A DNA stretch of 64,000 bases from assembly GCA_950097015.1 (NCBI GenBank), contig CATNEN010000026.1, positions 806,001-870,000 on the forward strand, written 5' to 3'. A program made the position numbers and the translations under genes. This document shows positions 46,681 through 61,308 of the stretch, one piece after another. Position 1 is the stretch's first letter. Each line of letters opens with the position of its first letter. The stretch is from Macrostomum hystrix (Eukaryota; Animalia; Platyhelminthes). The notes beneath the pieces were generated by a model that saw only the letters and a list, made by a program, of their open reading frames with translations, was not told the origin of the DNA and made no database searches.

Positions 46681-47177
46681 ACTCAGGGTAGCTGATACAG
46701 CTTAGCTATATATTGAATCAGGATAAACCATTTTTTGTCTTATTAATCCAAAATGTTCCATAATCCGAAGGCATTCTAATTTCGCATTACCTCAAAGTTT
46801 AATTTTAAGCGTGATTTTATTTACAGCAATGTGCTCCTGGCCTGTTTGCAAAAAAGACTACGGCTTAAACCCGTTAATTTTTTGTGTCTCTAGCTAAAAT
46901 AGCACCGGCCGATTTTATCTCTCCGTCTGTCTCCAGTCCTGTGTACCTTTAAGGCGGTGTCGGCTTGGTTCAAAGCGATGAAGAAAAAAATGGAAATAGA
47001 AAAAAGAGTAAAGTGTAAAAAACTCAAGTCCAAATTTAGAGCTTGATGCAAAGGTTCTGAACAACACAAAATGCTAATTTTAACCGGGTTTCACTTGCCA
47101 CTATCAATTTCCTTCTCTGCTTTTCTAGACCTACGTTTGTTCTCTCCGCTACACTAAAATACTCGGCGACTGTTTGA

Positions 47178-47652
47178 GGGATTGATTCTGGGATTGATTC
47201 TAGGATTTGATTCTAGGATTTGATTCTGGGATTGATTCTAGGATTTGATTCTGGGATTGATTCTAGGATTTGATTCTAGGATTTGATTCTAGGATTGATT
47301 CTAGGATTTGATTCTAGGATTTGATTCTAGGATTGATTCTAGGATTTGATTCTAGGATTTGATTCTAGGATTGATTCTAGGATTGATTCTAGGAATGATT
47401 CTAGGATTTGATTCTAGGATTTGATTCTAGTAATGATTCTAGGATTTGATTCTAGGATTTGATTCTAGGATTTGATTCTGGGATTGATTCTAGGATTTGA
47501 TTCTAGGATTTGATTCTAGGATTGATTCTAGGATTGATTCTAGGATTTGATTCTAGGATTTGATTCTGGGAATGATTCTACTCGTAGGATTGATTCTAGG
47601 ATTTGATTCTGGGATTGATTCTGGGATTTGATTCTGGGATTGATTCTAGGAC
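47178..47652. repeat. Second GATTCTAGGATTT-family array
   Basis: Same unit family and orientation as 44965-45540. Confidence 0.92.
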
Positions 47653-48287
47653 GGAATTAAGAGGCAATTCAGAATTTTTGCGTTATCTTCGTTAATGAAA
47701 ATGTTTAAGCTTAGCTTCAATTGGATCTATCAATACATTTTGATAGAACAAAGACTTGTGGAAAATTGTCAATGATAGCTATTCATAATTATCTGTTTCT
47801 CATATTGTGCTGTTCCTCATTGCTGTGTATTTGTGTTCATCGGACAAGTTTTGTTTGCCCTGTGTTATGAGGGCCAAACCCGCAGGCAAACCAAAATCAT
47901 TATCAAGGCTTTCTCTCGCTATTTAGCAAACAAAGTTTTGTATCAGTTTTCAATAATGTAATAGAATTGTACATAACACACACAGACACACGCCGTATTA
48001 TAGTGTGCATAATTATTGTTGTACAAGCCCTGGTGTTTTCGCTTATAAAAAGCTAAGCTAAGAATGTAGCGAATGTAGCGAACCAATTTGAAAGTAATTA
48101 TTAAGTATTTTTTGGCCACAGCTTAACAGAGTATTTGGTACACATTCTTTATTGCAGAATCCGATAACCAGCGAATTGATTAAAAATATACACAAAATGT
48201 TCGCCATTATGAAATACGGCTTTACATATAGTTTTTTTCGTTTTCCTTCAACCTTAGTCCTTTGTTTGTGAGAGTCTCGTCAAAGTG

Positions 48288-48450
48288 ATTATTATTATTA
48301 TTTATTATTTTATTAGTTTTATTATTATTTTTAATATTATTTTTAATATTATTTTTTTTTTATTATTATTATTATTATTTATTATTTTATTATTATTATT
48401 ATTTATTATTTTATTATTATTATTATTATTATTTTATTATTTTATTATTT
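48288..48450. repeat. (TTA)n / AT-rich microsatellite
   Basis: Read directly. Confidence 0.9.
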
Positions 48451-49321
48451 GAAAGTTCTGCTTCATCGGATAGAGCGGAGAATTTTGTAAAGATTTTTAT
48501 GACAATTTGTTGAATATTTTAGATAGATTTAAAAAAAGAAAACATGGGGTGTTTTGAAATACACCGTGGTATTGTACTCGTAGGTTACACAAAAAGTTTT
48601 CTTTCAACTTTCTCCTCATTGTTTTCAACATCCCTTGCCTTCTATCTGAAATACATCTCTAATCGATATTGAAACGTTATTATACGACTTGTCCGAAAAT
48701 GGGATTTTGCGGAAATGCCAAAAACAATGTTAGTGTTACACTTTTGTCCATAAACTGGTTCGAAATCTTCATGCAATTGCTTCGGAAATAGAGCATAAAA
48801 CTACTATACTATAGGAATATATTTTGGTAGGTCTAGTTTCATACTGTTCAGAATATTTCGAATATTCAATGACTTCCTTATCCTCATTTATGGCCTCCAA
48901 TGAGGCTAAACCTCGTAAAGTTTTATAATGCCGCCGCGCCCATCCCTTATTTCGGCCATATAATAATATTGATTTGTACTTTTTGCCTAGAATCTTGATA
49001 CTGCATACTTCAGTGATGCATGGAAATGCAAAGCTAAACACGCGGTGTAGCAAATATATTTCACTCCGCAGTGTTGCGAGCCAATCCCTTTACTAATAAA
49101 ATGCTAAACAGGTAGACTTATTGTAGAATCTGGAAATCCCTCTGAATGAAAAAACATTGCTTATTGCTTCTTTGCTTTCCATAAATCGGAAACAGCAGCA
49201 GCTGCAGTAGGCACCCAGTTGTATTGGGCTAAAATTCTACAAAATTTATTGCATTTCAAACATTTTACGATGCTGACGGCATAATATGCCCTATGCACTA
49301 TATAGCTCGTAAATTTTACGT

Positions 49322-50288
49322 CATTCACTCACTCACTCACTCACACTCACTCACTCACTCACTCACACTCACTCACTCACTCACTCACTCACTCACTCAC
49401 TCACTCACTCACTCACTCACTCACTCACTCACTCACTCACTCACTCACTCACTCACTCACTCACACACACTCACTCACTCACTCACTCACTCACCCACTC
49501 ACTCACTCACTCACACTCACTCACTCACTCACTCACACTCACTCACTCACTCACTCACACTCACTCACTCACTCACTCACTCACTCACTCACACTCACTC
49601 ACTCACTCACTCACTCACTCACACTCACTCACTCACTCACTCACTCACTCACTCACTCACTCACTCACTCACTCACACTCACTCACTCACTCACTCACTC
49701 ACTCACACTCACTCACTCACTCACTCACTCACTCACTCACACTCACTCACTCACTCACTCACTCACTCACTCACTCACTCACTCACTCACTCACTCTCAC
49801 ACACACATACACTCACTCACTCACTCACTCACTCACTCACTCACTCACTCTCACACACACATACACTCACTCACTCACTCACTCACTCACTCACTCTCAC
49901 ACACACATACACTCACTCACTCACTCACTCACTCACTCACTCACTCACTCACTCACTCACTCACTCACTCACTCACTCACTCACTCACACACACTCACTC
50001 ACTCACTCACTCACTCACTCACTCACTCACTCACTCACTCACTCACTCTCACACACACACACTCACTCACTCACTCACTCACTCACTCACTCACTCACTC
50101 ACTCACTCACTCACTCACCCACTCACTCACTCATTCACTCACTCACTCACTCACTCACTCACTCTCACACACACATACACTCACTCACTCACTCACTCAC
50201 TCACTCACTCACTCACTCACTCACTCACTCACTCACTCACTCACTCACACACATTCACTCACTCACTCACTCACTTACTCTCACTCAT
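49322..50288. repeat. (TCAC)n microsatellite, ~970 bp
   Basis: Read directly. Confidence 0.97.
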
Positions 50289-50804
50289 GCATTTATTGGT
50301 ACTCTAGCCTGTAGCTGTGATTGATTATGAGGGCATCAGTTTCCAGCGATGTTGTTTCCGCTGCTGCTGCTGCTGCTGCTGCTGTTGCTGTTTCGCGAAC
50401 TAAAAATTCCACAACTGGAAGTTTCAACCGTTTCTGTATCTCTTTTAGGCTCAGTGTCTTCCCCTCTGCCCTCTACCCTCCTTTTTAGAAGCTCTACCCT
50501 TTCAGCTTCTAAAAATGGTCTGAAAAAATGAATCCGAAGCAACAACAGCAGCAGCAGCAGCAACTAGGGCCTTGATAAAAGCAACAAAAGCAGTTTGTAC
50601 TTTTCTGGCTATATTCTCACGATTTGCTAAAAAATGATAAAAAAGCAGACTTCATTGCCTGCTGTAGCCCAAAATCCATTAGCGATAAATTGTTTAGAAA
50701 TATACGTATCCGGAAATTGTGCGCCACAGTCTCTTAACAGCTTTTTAAACTGTTTTTACTGCATTTCTGCGAACAACTAAAACACCTAAATTGTTCTCAC
50801 ATTA

Positions 50805-51800
50805 GTTTTTTACACTCCTCTTCCTCCGATTGTTCACTCCTCTCCCTCCGATTGTTCACTCCTCTCCCTCCGATTGTTCACTCCTCTTCCTCCGATTGTT
50901 CACTCCTCTCCCTCCGATTGTTCACTCCTCTCCCTCCGATTGTTCACTCCTCTTCCTCCGATTGTTCACTCCTCTCCCTCCGATTGTTCACTCCTCTCAC
51001 TCTGATTGTTCACTCCTCTTCCTCCGATTGTTCACTCCTCTCCCTCCGATTGTTCACTCCTCTCACTCTGATTGTTCACTCCTCTCCCTCCGATTGTTCA
51101 CTCCTCTCCCTCTGATTGTTCACTCCTCTCCCTCTGATTGTTCACTCCTCTCCCTCTGATTGTTCACTCCTCTCCCTCCGATTGTTCACTCCTCTCCCTC
51201 CGATTATTCACTCCTCTCACTCTGATTGTTCACTCCTCTTCCTCCGATTGTTCACTCCTCTCCCTCCGATTGTTCACTCCTCTCACTCTGATTGTTCACT
51301 CCTCTCCCTCCGATTGTTCACTCCTCTCCCTCTGATTGTTCACTCCTCTCCCACCTGATTGTTCACTCCTCTCACTCTGATTGTTCACTCCTCTCACTCT
51401 GATTGTTCACTCCTCTCACTCTGATTGTTCACTCCTCTCACTCCGATTGTTCACTCCTCTCACTCCGATTGTTCACTCCTCTCACTCCGATTGTTCACTC
51501 CCCCCACCTGATTGTTCACTCCTCTCACTCTGATTGTTCACTCCTCTCACTCCGATTGTTCACTCCCCCCACCTGATTGTTCACTCCTCTCACTCTGATT
51601 GTTCACTCCTCTCACTCCGATTGTTCACTCCTCTCACTCCGATTGTTCACTCCTCTCACTCTGATTGTTCACTCCTCTCACTCTGATTGTTCACTCCTCT
51701 CACTCCGATTGTTCACTCCCCTCACCAAATTGTTCACTGCTCTCACCAAATTGTTCACTGCTCTCACCAAATTGTTCACTCCTCTCACCCAATTGTTCAC
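50805..51800. repeat. 22-bp minisatellite (TTGTTCACTCCTCTCCCTCCGA)n, ~45 units
   Basis: Read directly. Confidence 0.95.
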
Positions 51801-52939
51801 TTCCATCTGCTTGCTTTAACCCCTCAATGAATTATTTAATTTCTGCATCTTACATTGCCCCATGACTCGCACGCTGGATGATGAAGATGAGGAAATTACA
51901 AAAAATGATTAAGAGGCCCTGCTCAGGCGGGTGAGTAGTGCAGTCCAACACTCACGTGACTCGCCAAGAACCCGAGCTGAACTCATTGACTTAGACAGAG
52001 GAATTGAGTAGGCTGTGCTACGAAGTATATACCTGTGTTGTCTCGTAGATCAAACTGAACTTGGTATAGGGGTTTGCCAGTCTTTCCAATTCCGTTGAGA
52101 ATGATTTACGGGGGAGAAAATTTCTTGGATAGAAAAGTACATTCACGGGCATTCTCCCGTTCTCTTCTCTCCCCTCCCCTAATCCCAAAACATACTCCTG
52201 TATAATATATATGCGCTCTGCCTTAGCATTGCTAATGGCTAATCCATCAGAAGGGATAAGCATGTGTGACACGCGGAGTATTAATATACTGCAGACTGAA
52301 GGGACGGCATAGGACATGGGGTGGAGCATAGTAAGGGAAGAGTTTTCGCCCGACCTTGGCCCCGCCATATAGCCTTAGAGGATTATATATATATAAGCGG
52401 GCTTTTGCGAGAGGCCACGCGAGGACACGCGAGCCATGCTGCGTATATCAAAGGAGAGAATTGGGTACGCCAAGGCTAGACATTTTTTGTAAACGGGTAG
52501 ACTTGGGAGGAGGAGGCTGTGAACTCTGCGCTAGTAGCTATGGGCCTAGTGTGGGGTAAGACGGACGGACTTTGCTCCCGATGTTGAGCTGGGCCGTCAA
52601 AACACGCCCACCATTGATTTCAGTTGCACCCTCACATTTCATAGGTAGGCAATGAATATAGGGATTTGTTTGCGACTACAAAGCTTGTTATTATGCTTGA
52701 CGACCTAAGTCAACTGCAGCCTCCACCCATCTGAGCCCAACCCATTATGCTTCGCATGCCTTATTTGCTCCTGGTTCAGCACGTTTCCACCTATAGAGGC
52801 CCCTCCTACTCTAGGAGAGAAGCCTACTATAAATATAATTTACAAATGTGGCACCCGAATAGACCGACTCCCTACAGGACTGAAACCAGCTGTCTCAGTG
52901 ATCTGCCTACCCTACCTCCCTTGTCTACTCGCAGCTCTA

Positions 52940-53500
52940 CTTCTCTCGTCTACGTACTCCTCTACCTACTCATCTACCTACTCCACTACCTACTCTTCTA
53001 CCTACTCATCTACCTACTCCTCTACCTACTCCTCTACCTACTCCTCTACATACTCTTCTACCTACTCATCTACCTACTTTTATACCTACTCCTCTACCTA
53101 CTCCTCTACCTACTCCTCTACCTACTCCTCTACCTACTCCTCTACCTAATCATTCTACCTACTCCTCTACCTACTCCTCTACCTACTCCTCTACCTACTC
53201 CTCTACCTACTCTTCTACTTAGTCATCTACCTACTTTTATACCTACTCCTCTACCTACTCATCTACCTACTCCTCTACCTACTCATCTACCTACTCCTCT
53301 ACCTATTCATCTACCTACTCATCTACCTACTCATCTACCTACTCATCTACCTACTTTTATACCTACTCCTCTACCTACTCCTCTACCTACTCCTCTGCAA
53401 TCTCATCTACCTTCCTCCTCTACCTACTCCTCTAATCTCATCTACCTTCTTCCTCTATATCTCCCTCCTATACCACACTCCTCTACCTACCTGCTTTTCC
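52940..53500. repeat. 12-bp (CTACTCCTCTAC)n array
   Basis: Read directly. Confidence 0.92.
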
Positions 53501-54139
53501 TCCCTACTTTTCCTCTCAACTTTTCGGCCCAACTTCACTAGCTTATCTACCGCCCTACATGGCGATCTATTCGCTGATCCGATCGGTAAAATACCTGCCA
53601 TTAAGTTTCACCTGCCGAAAAAAACAGCCCGGCTGTGAGCCTGTCCTCGCAAAATAATCAGTGCAATCAGTGCAATCAGTGTTAGTCTGAAAAATGACAC
53701 AAAGGCACTGCTAATTTCACATTTTCGCCTAACAAAAATCTGCTTTATCATCTATTTGATCCGAAGTCTAGACTTAATCGTTACTTTCATGGCTCTCTGC
53801 GTACCGTAAGGTGACTTAATTAACAGCTTTTAAGTCCCGTGTTTCAAGCGCTTCTGAATCAAGTTTCTGAAATTTAGCAAACTAAAAAATAGGAAATTTA
53901 AATCAATTATCCCTATCACACTTATTGGCTACAATTCCGTAGAAATCAGCACACACATTATGCTCAGCTCGTGCCTATTACTGGACAAGAACGTAGAATT
54001 TCACTGGGATTAACTCGAAAACTGACACGAGACGAAATCCATCCTTATTGAAATGTATCTATAATCCGTTCAGATTGCACCCGATTCGAACGAGAAATTC
54101 CGACTATTCTTAGTCGATATGGAGTCCTCAGCGCAGCAA

Positions 54140-57100
54140 TATCATTCCATCCCTGCATCATCCACGACCATTTCCTTTCCTGAATCATTCACGGCCCTTC
54201 CCTTTCCTGAATCATTCACGACCATTCCCTTTCCTGAATCATTCACGGCCCTTCCCTTTCCTGAATCATTCACGGCCCTTCCCTTTCCTGAATCATTCAC
54301 GACCATTCCCTTTCCTGAATCATTCACGGCCCTTCCCTTTCCTGAATCATTCACGACCATTCCCTTTCCTGAATCATTCACGGCCCTTCCCTTTCCTGAA
54401 TCATTCACGGCCCTTCCCTTTCCTGAATCATTCACGACCATTTCCTTTCCTGAATCATTCACGGCCCTTCCCTTTCCTGAATCATTCACGACCATTCCCT
54501 TTCCTGAATCATTCACGGCCCTTCCCTTTCCTGAATCATTCACGGCCCTTCCCTTTCCTGAATCATTCACGACCATTCCCTTTCCTGAATCATTCACGAC
54601 CATTCCCTTTCCTGAATCATTCACGACCATTCCCTTTCCTGAATCATTCACGGCCCTTCCCTTTCCTGAATCATTCACGGCCCTTCCCTTTCCTGAATCA
54701 TTCACGACCATTCCCTTTCCTGAATCATTCACGGCCCTTCCCTTTCCTGAATCATTCACGGCCCTTCCCTTTCCTGAATCATTCACGACCATTCCCTTTC
54801 CTGAATCATTCACGACCATTCCCTTTCCTGAATCATTCACGGCCCTTCCCTTTCCTGAATCATTAACGGCACTTCCCTCCCTGCATCATCCACGACCATT
54901 CCCTTTCCTGAATCATTCACGGCCCTTCCCTTTCCTGAATCATTCACGACCATTCCCTTTCCTGAATCATTCACGGCCCTTCCCTCCCTCATCATCCAAT
55001 CATCCACGACCATTCCCTTTCCTGAATCATTCACAGCCCTTCCCTTTCCTGAATCATTCACGGCCCTTCCCTTTCCTGAATCATTCACGACCATTCCCTT
55101 TCCTGAATCATTCACGACCATTCCCTTTCCTGAATCATTCACGGCCCTTCCCTTTCCTGAATCATTCACGGCACTTCCCTCCCTGCATCATCCACGACCA
55201 TTCCCTTTCCTGAATCATTCACAGCCCTTCCCTTTCCTGAATCATCCACGACCATTCCCTTTCCTGAATCATTCACAGCCCTTCCCTTTCCTGAATCATT
55301 CACGGCCCTTCCCTTTCCTGAATCATTCACGACCATTCCCTTTCCTGAATCATTCACGACCATTCCCTTTCCTGAATCATTCACGGCCCTTCCCTTTCCT
55401 GAATCATTCACGGCACTTCCCTCCCTGCATCATCCACGACCATTCCCTTTCCTGAATCATTCACAGCCCTTCCCTTTCCTGAATCATCCACGACCCTTCC
55501 CTTTCCTGAATCATTCACGACCCTTCCCTTTCCTGAATCATCCACGACCCTTCCCTTTCCTGAATCATCCACGGTCCTTCTCTTTCCTGAATAATTCACC
55601 GCCCTTCCCTTTCCTGAATCATTCACAGCCCTTCCCTTTCCTGAATCATTCACGACCCTTCACTTTCCTGAATCATGCACGGCCCTTCCCTTTCCTGAAT
55701 CATGCACGGCCCTTCCCTTTCCTGAATCATGCACGGCCCTTCCCTTTCCTGAATCATGCACGGCCCTTCCCTTTCCTGAATCATGCACGGCCCTTCCCTT
55801 TCCTGAATCATTCACAACCCTTCCCTTTCCTGAATCATTCACGACCCTTCACTTTCCTGAATCATCCACGGTCCTTCTCTTTCCTGAATAATTCACCGCC
55901 CTTCCCTTTCCTGAATCATTCACAGCCCTTCCCTTTCCTGAATCATTCACGACCCTTCACTTTCCTGAATCATGCACGGCCCTTCCCTTTCCTGAATCAT
56001 GCACGGCCCTTCCCTTTCCTGAATCATGCACGGCCCTTCCCTTTCCTGAATCATTCACGGCCCTTCACTTTCCTGAATCATGCACGGCCCTTCCCTTTCC
56101 TGAATCATTCACAACCCTTCCCTTTCCTGAATCATTCACGACCCTTCACTTTCCTGAATCATCCACGGTCCTTCTCTTTCCTGAATAATTCACGGCCCTT
56201 CCCTTTCCTGAATCATTCACAGCCCTTCCCTTTCCTGAATCATTCACGGCCCTTCACTTTCCTGAATCATTCACGGCCCTTCCCTTTCCTGAATCATTCA
56301 CGGCCCTTCCCTTTCCTGAATCATTCACGGCCCTTCCCTTTCCTGAATCATTCACGACCATTCCCTTTCCTGAATCATTCACGGCCCTTCCCTTTCCTGA
56401 ATCATTCACGGCCCTTCCCTTTCCTGAATCATTCACGGCCCTTCCCTTTCCTGAATCATTCACGGCCCTTCCCTTTCCTGAATCATTCACGACCATTCCC
56501 TTTCCTGAATCATTCACGGCCCTTCCCTTTCCTGAATCATTAACGGCACTTCCCTCCCTGCATCATCCACGACCATTCCCTTTCCTGAATCATTCACGGC
56601 CCTTCCCTTTCCTGAATCATTCACGACCATTCCCTTTCCTGAATCATTCACGGCCCTTCCCTTTCCTGAATCATTCACAGCCCTTCCCTTTCCTGAATCA
56701 TTCACGGCCCTTCCCTTTCCTGAATCATTCACGACCATTCCCTTTCCTGAATCATTCACGACCATTCCCTTTCCTGAATCATTCACGGCCCTTCCCTTTC
56801 CTGAATCATTCACGGCACTTCCCTCCCTGCATCATCCACGACCATTCCCTTTCCTGAATCATTCACAGCCCTTCCCTTTCCTGAATCATCCACGACCCTT
56901 CCCTTTCCTGAATCATTCACGACCCTTCCCTTTCCTGAATCATCCACGACCCTTCCCTTTCCTGAATCATCCACGGTCCTTCTCTTTCCTGAATAATTCA
57001 CCGCCCTTCCCTTTCCTGAATCATTCACAGCCCTTCCCTTTCCTGAATCATTCACGACCCTTCACTTTCCTGAATCATGCACGGCCCTTCCCTTTCCTGA

Positions 57101-58020
57101 ATCATGCACGGCCCTTCCCTTTCCTGAATCATGCACGGCCCTTCCCTTTCCTGAATCATGCACGGCCCTTCCCTTTCCTGAATCATGCACGGCCCTTCCC
57201 TTTCCTGAATCATTCACAACCCTTCCCTTTCCTGAATCATTCACGACCCTTCACTTTCCTGAATCATCCACGGTCCTTCTCTTTCCTGAATAATTCACCG
57301 CCCTTCCCTTTCCTGAATCATTCACAGCCCTTCCCTTTCCTGAATCATTCACGACCCTTCACTTTCCTGAATCATGCACGGCCCTTCCCTTTCCTGAATC
57401 ATGCACGGCCCTTCCCTTTCCTGAATCATGCACGGCCCTTCCCTTTCCTGAATCATGCACGGCCCTTCCCTTTCCTGAATCATGCACGGCCCTTCCCTTT
57501 CCTGAATCATTCACAACCCTTCCCTTTCCTGAATCATTCACGACCCTTCACTTTCCTGAATCATCCACGGTCCTTCTCTTTCCTGAATAATTCACGGCCC
57601 TTCCCTTTCCTGAATCATTCACAGCCCTTCCCTTTCCTGAATCATTCACGGCCCTTCCCTTTCCTGAATCATTCACAGCCATTCCCTTTCCTGAATCATT
57701 CACGGCCCTTCACTTTCCTGAATCATTCACGGCCCTTCACTTTCCTGAATCATTCACGGCCCTTCACTTTCCTGAATCATTCACGGTCCTTCACTTTCCT
57801 GAATCATGCACGGCCCTTCACTTTCCTGTATCATTCACGGCCCTTTCCCTCCCTGCATCATTCACGACCCTTCCTTCCCTGCATCATTCACGACCCTTCC
57901 CTTTCGTGAATCATTCACGGCCCTTTCCCTCCCTGCATCATTCACGACCCTTCCCTCCCTGCATCATTCACGACCCTTCCCTCCCTGCATCATTCACGAC
58001 CCTTCCCTCCCTGCATCATG
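54140..58020. repeat. 27-bp minisatellite (TCACGGCCCTTCCCTTTCCTGAATCAT)n, ~3.9 kb, with higher-order structure
   Basis: Read directly; identical translated blocks recur at offsets of 1402 and 297 bp. Confidence 0.97.
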
Positions 58021-59509
58021 CATTCTCTTGTGCATTCAACAAAGCGTCAATCATACTTGAAACTGCGTAAATAAAAAAATTATAGTTGTTTTTCATCAAT
58101 TTTGTTGAATAGGCGCTGTCACGTTTTTCAGCAAATTGCTTTCCCACCTGGACTTGTTACAGTGTACCTATAGCAACTGTCTCACTTTGGTATTTGATAA
58201 AATATTTTCAACTGTCACTAGCCATCAATTTTAATCCAAAAAAATGTTACAAAAAAGGACTTAATAAATGCAGCGGTTGCTACTAAATTATCCCGGAGAA
58301 TCCCCAGGATGACATCCATTAATAATCCCAGGATGACTAGCTGCAATATATATAAACTGTTTTTGTATTTTCTATTTACACAATTTTTACAAATGGGAAC
58401 TGTGCCAGGCAATAGAAAACTAGTATTGGCGCCCCAGACAGAACTCCGCCATACTGGAGAAGAATTGCGAACTCAGACTGACATTGCGAGGAACACGATT
58501 TCAGGCGAAATAACTCGCAATGAACAAATGCTCAGTGACTGAGTAGAGACTCAAGTCAGTAAGAATAAACCCTGTTTATAACAACATCACACATCATACT
58601 GCTCTTTTAGTAGGGCTGAGTTTGTTGTAAAAGAGCAAGGACGTCTAGAGATAGCATGCGATGCTATGTTTAGAAGTCCTTGCATAAAGGGCCACCTTTG
58701 ACTTCTTCGAAGACCCCAGGGAAAATAGCGTATCGTGAGTTTATTTCACTTTATTCATGCTGTCTATTGTTTTCCCTTGAGCCAAGATTCGAACTCCGGA
58801 CCGCTCAGTCAGATCTCTCAAAATTCTGTATGTATTAATATCCGACATTATTGTTTAAACGAATCGAATCGATTGTCAGCAGTTCGTAAAATGAGCCTTT
58901 ATCAACTGCCTGGTCCTGAGAGTTGGAATGCGCAACACGTCAAGCAAGACATTTTCATTTCTACTAATATTTGCAACATGCGCATATTGATTAATCGTCT
59001 ATATTAATCAGGTTAATCCTGATTCAAAATCTGACTGGATATCGAATGACTTGAATTGCCAAGAAAGAATCTAGACATTATTATTTTTATCCATAGGAAG
59101 GCTTCAAAGAGGGTACATCTGTGATTCGCCGTCCGGTGTGACACACAGATGATCGAATTTCCATTTCGATTTCCATATTTTTATTTCCATGGGAAATAAA
59201 AGATAAGCTCGGGAAAATGGGAAAAATTGACTAGCAACTGGATATTTCTAGCTATAGAATAATTTTCCTACCTTTACAACTATCTATTGAATCTAACAAG
59301 CTGACTATTTTAAAATGCTTTGCGACTCAGTCAGAGTCATTGTTCAATAATAGCATTCCTTCTGTAGCCTTCCACCATAGATTTTAAGTCGACTCATTCT
59401 AATTATACCCGCCTCGCAATTGTAGTTTATATGCACCGATTCATTAAACCTGTGTAACGTATTCATTGAAACCTTTCATATTTGCTGGCTGTTTTTCAGG
59501 GCCTTTACT

Positions 59510-61308
59510 GTGCCCTGCCCTCCCTGCATCAATCAGTCACTCTCCTGTGCCCTCCCTGCATCAATCAGTCACTCTCCTATGCCCTCCCTGCATCAATCAG
59601 TCACTCTCCTGTGCCCTCCCTGCATCAATCAGTGACTCTCCTGTGCCCTCCCTGCATCAATCAGTCACTCTCCTGTGCCCTCCCTGCATCAATCAGTGAC
59701 TCTCGTGTGCCTTCCCTGCATCAATCAGTCACTCTCCTATGCCCTCCCTGCATCAATCAGTCTCTCTCCTATGCCCTCCCTGCATCAATCAGTCTCTCTC
59801 CTATGCCCTCCCTGCATCAATCAATCACTCTCCTATGCCCTCCCTGCATTAATCAGTGACTCTCGTGTGCCTTCCCTGCATCAATCAGTCACTCTCGTGT
59901 GCCTTCCCTGCATCAATCAGTCACTCTCCTATGCCCTCCCTGCATCAATCAGTCACTCTCCTATGCCCTCCCTGCATCAATCAGTCACTCTCCAATGCCC
60001 TCCCTGCATCAATCAATCACTCTCCTATGCCCTCCCTGCATTAATCAATCACTCTCGTGTGCCTTCCCTGCATCAATCAGTCACTCTCGTGTGCCTTCCC
60101 TGCATCAATCAGTCACTCTCGTGTGCCTTCCCTGCATCAATCAGTCACTCTCCTATGCCCTCCCTCCATCAATCAGTCACTCTCCTATGCCCTCCCTGCA
60201 TCAATCAGTCTCTCTCCTATGCCCTCCCTGCATCAATCAGTCTCTCTCCTATGCCCTCCCTGCATCAATCAGTCACTCTCCTATGCCCTCCCTGCATCAA
60301 TCAGTCACTCTCCTATGCCCTCCCTGCATCAATCAGTCACTCTCCTATGCCCTCCCTGCATCAATCAATCACTCTGCTATGCCCTCCCTGCATCAATCAG
60401 TCACTCTCCAATGCCCTCCCTGCATCAATCAATCACTCTCCTATGCCCTCCCTGCATTAATCAATCACTCTCGTGTGCCTTCCCTGCATCAATCAGTCAC
60501 TCTCGTGTGCCTTCCCTGCATCAATCAGTCACTCTCGTGTGCCTTCCCTGCATCAATCAGTCACTCTCCTATGCCCTCCCTCCATCAATCAGTCACTCTC
60601 CTATGCCCTCCCTGCATCAATCAGTCTCTCTCCTATGCCCTCCCTGCATCAATCAGTCTCTCTCCTATGCCCTCCCTGCATCAATCATTCACTCTCCTAT
60701 GCCCTCCCTGCATCAATCAGTCACTCTCCTATGCCCTCCCTGCATCAATCAGTCACTCTCCTATATGCCCTCCCTGCATCAATCAGTCACTCTCCTGTGC
60801 CCTCCCTGCATCAATCAGTCACTCTCCTATGCCCTCCCTGCATCAATCAGTCACTCTCCTATGCCCTCCCTGCATCAATCAGTCACTCTCCTGTGCCCTC
60901 CCTGCATCAATCAGTCACTCTCCTATGCCCTCCCTGCATTAATCAGTGACTCTCGTGTGCCTTCCCTGCATCAATCAGTCACTCTCGTGTGCCTTCCCTG
61001 CATCAATCAGTCACTCTCCTATGCCCTCCCTGCATCAATCAATCACTCTGCTATGCCCTCCCTGCATCAATCAGTCACTCTCCTATGCCCTCCCTGCATC
61101 AATCAGTCACTCTCCTGTGCCCTCCCTGCATCAATCAGTCACTCTCCTGTGCCCTCCCTGCATCAATCAGTCTCTCTCCTATGCCCTCCCTGCATCAATC
61201 AGTCACTCTCCTGTGCCCTCCCTGCATCAATCAGTCACTCTCCTGTGCCCTCCCTGCATCAATCAGTCTCTCTCCTATGCCCTCCCTGCATCAATCAGTC
61301 TCTCTCCT
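59510..61308. repeat. 32-bp minisatellite (CTCCTATGCCCTCCCTGCATCAATCAGTCACT)n, ~56 units
   Basis: Read directly; the spurious ORFs repeat every 32 aa (= 3 units). Confidence 0.97.

Noticed and set aside
50350-50565. Inverted (CTG)n ... (CAG)n tracts and the small ORFs across them
   Set aside because: Trinucleotide tracts are abundant in this window, and there is no extended inverted homology or splice-supported exon.
58141-58154. Isolated TTCCCACCTGGACT matching the 23-bp array monomer
   Set aside because: A single 14-bp match with no flanking similarity; it could be chance.
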